Below, in pieces: positions 62,538-64,000 of a DNA stretch of 64,000 nt. Below the pieces are notes generated by a model that had not been told where the DNA came from, ran no database searches, and saw only the letters and a program-made list of their open reading frames with translations. The translations under genes and the position numbers were made by a program. The DNA is from an uncultured Gemmatimonadaceae bacterium (GTDB lineage Bacteria; Gemmatimonadota; Gemmatimonadetes; Gemmatimonadales; Gemmatimonadaceae), in the NCBI GenBank assembly GCA_963843845.1, contig CAWJMB010000002.1:3392001-3456000 (forward strand), read 5' to 3'. Numbering within the stretch: the first letter of the stretch is position 1; the number at the start of each line of letters is the position of its first letter.

Positions 62538-63834
62538 ATGCGCACTCGCATCCCCCTCGCCCTCGCGCTGGCCGCGGCCGCCTGCGGCCACGCGGCCACG
62601 CTCCCCGTCTCGGCCGGCGTCGGGCCGCGGCCGACGCTCCCGGCGCCGAATCCGGCGCTCATCCCGACGGTGAAGATCGCCGAGGCCGTCGGCTGGCGCG
62701 GCGGCGCGCGCCCGACCGCGGCGCCCGGCCTCGCCGTGCGGCCGTTCGCGACGGGGCTCGCGCACCCGCGCTGGCTGCTCCTCCTGCCGAACGGCGACGT
62801 ACTCGTCGCCGAGACGAACGCGCCGCCGCGCCCCGAGGACGAGCGGGGGCTGCGCGCCCGGATCATGAGGTGGTTCATGAAGAAGGCGGGGAGCGCGACG
62901 CCGAGCGCCGACCGCCTCACGCTGCTCCGCGACGCGGACGGCGACGGCGTCGCGGAGTCACGCACCGTGTTCCTCGACGCGCTGCGCTCGCCGTTCGGGA
63001 TGGCGCTCGTCGGCGGCACGCTCTACGTCGCGAACACCGACGCCGTGGTGCGCGTGCCGTACGCGCCCGGCGACACGCGGGCGTCGGCGCGCCCCGTCAC
63101 CGTCGCGCCGCTGCCCGCGGGGCCGCGCAACCATCACTGGACGAAGAGCCTCGTCGCGAGCCCCGACGGACGGACGCTCTACGTCGGCGTCGGCTCGAAC
63201 AGCAACGCGGCGGAGCACGGCCTCGCGGAGGAGGCCGGGCGCGCCGCGGTCTGGGAGGTCGACGCCGCGACGGGTGCGACGCGCGTGTTCGCGTCGGGGC
63301 TGCGCAACCCGGTCGGCCTCGCGTGGGAGGCGAGAGCGCGGCGCGCTCTGGGTCGCCGTGAACGAGCGCGACGAGCTGGGCAGCGACCTCGTGCCCGACT
63401 ACATGACGTCGGTGCGCGACGGCGGCTTCTACGGCTGGCCGTACAGCTACTTCGGGGCGCACGTGGACGCGCGCGTCAGCCCGTCGCGCCCCGACCTCGT
63501 CGCGACGGCGGTCGTGCCCGACTACGCGCTCGGCGCCCACACGGCGTCGCTCGGGCTCGCCTACTCCGCCGGCAGCGCCGCCTCCCCGCTCGGCCGCGGC
63601 ATGGTCGTCGGGCAGCACGGGTCGTGGAACCGCTCGCCGCGGTCCGGCTATCGCGTGATCTTCGTGCCGTTCGCGAACGGAGTGCCCGACGGCGCGCCGG
63701 TCGACGTGCTCACAGGCTTCCTCGACGGCGACGGCCACGCGCGCGGCCGCCCGGTCGGCGTCGCGCTCGACGGGCGCGGCGGGCTGCTCGTCGCCGACGA
63801 CGTGGGCAACGTCGTGTGGCGCGTGACGCGGTGA
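62538..63834 (+). CDS. Sorbosone/PQQ-dependent sugar dehydrogenase family lipoprotein, frameshift near 63335
   Basis: Lipobox [46 protein letters not shown] and HGSWNR. Confidence 0.92.
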
Positions 63835-64000
63835 CCTGAGCCGCCCCGATCCGGAGCCGGCACGCGCCGCGGGAGTCGTCGTGCGTCGACCCGTCGAGCG
63901 CGCGCGGCATCATGTGCGAGGACGCGAGGCGGTGGGCTAGCTTGGAGGCGTTCGAGGTGTCCCCCGCCCCGCTTCCACATCCCGATGGCGCTGCTCGGCC

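Noticed and set aside
1..64000. Numerous frameshifts (kinase, GH28, uxaB, uxaC, ROK, symporter, M14 peptidase, sorbosone dehydrogenase) read as mass pseudogenisation or programmed frameshifting
   Set aside because: They are single-base indels, often in homopolymers or GC runs, within otherwise well-conserved genes, and they get denser towards 58-61 kb. This pattern is typical of low-coverage long-read consensus error.

Overview
Very GC-rich bacterial window (roughly 75% GC by eye). Gene style and content suggest Gemmatimonadota, which is an inference. Many genes carry single-base frameshifts, most likely long-read consensus errors, so several CDS coordinates join two or more ORF-track fragments. 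Layout: (1) 1-5.7 kb holds a sensor kinase, a membrane/spermidine-synthase-like protein, a DUF937-like protein and a secreted protein. (2) 5.8-25.6 kb is a pectin/hexuronate utilisation locus: two GH28, CE12, CE8, DUF4861-like, kduI, kduD, GH105, PL10, an ExuT-like MFS, kdgK, eda, uxaB, uxaA, uxaC and a divergent ROK repressor. A shared palindrome TTGTTCT-N5-AGAACAA lies upstream of both catabolic units. (3) 25.6-30.3 kb is a decaying integron-type cassette array with four attC-like sites, GrpB, nuclease-like genes and hicBA, and no integrase is visible. (4) 30.5-42.1 kb is a translationally coupled five-gene operon and the most interesting object here: P-loop GTPase, GAP1-like protein, membrane-anchored second GTPase, a giant FHA-like + SEDS (FtsW/RodA) + penicillin-binding transpeptidase fusion, and a coiled-coil lipoprotein. 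(5) 42-64 kb holds a symporter, tRNA-Cys, PAP2, a DmpA-like peptidase, vapBC, MATE, AI-2E, an acyltransferase, rhodanese, YIP1, an L,D-transpeptidase, a hydrolase, DUF488, an outer-membrane protein, an M14 peptidase, small genes and a sorbosone dehydrogenase. The heptamer GTTAGGC/GCCTAAC recurs unusually often across the window.
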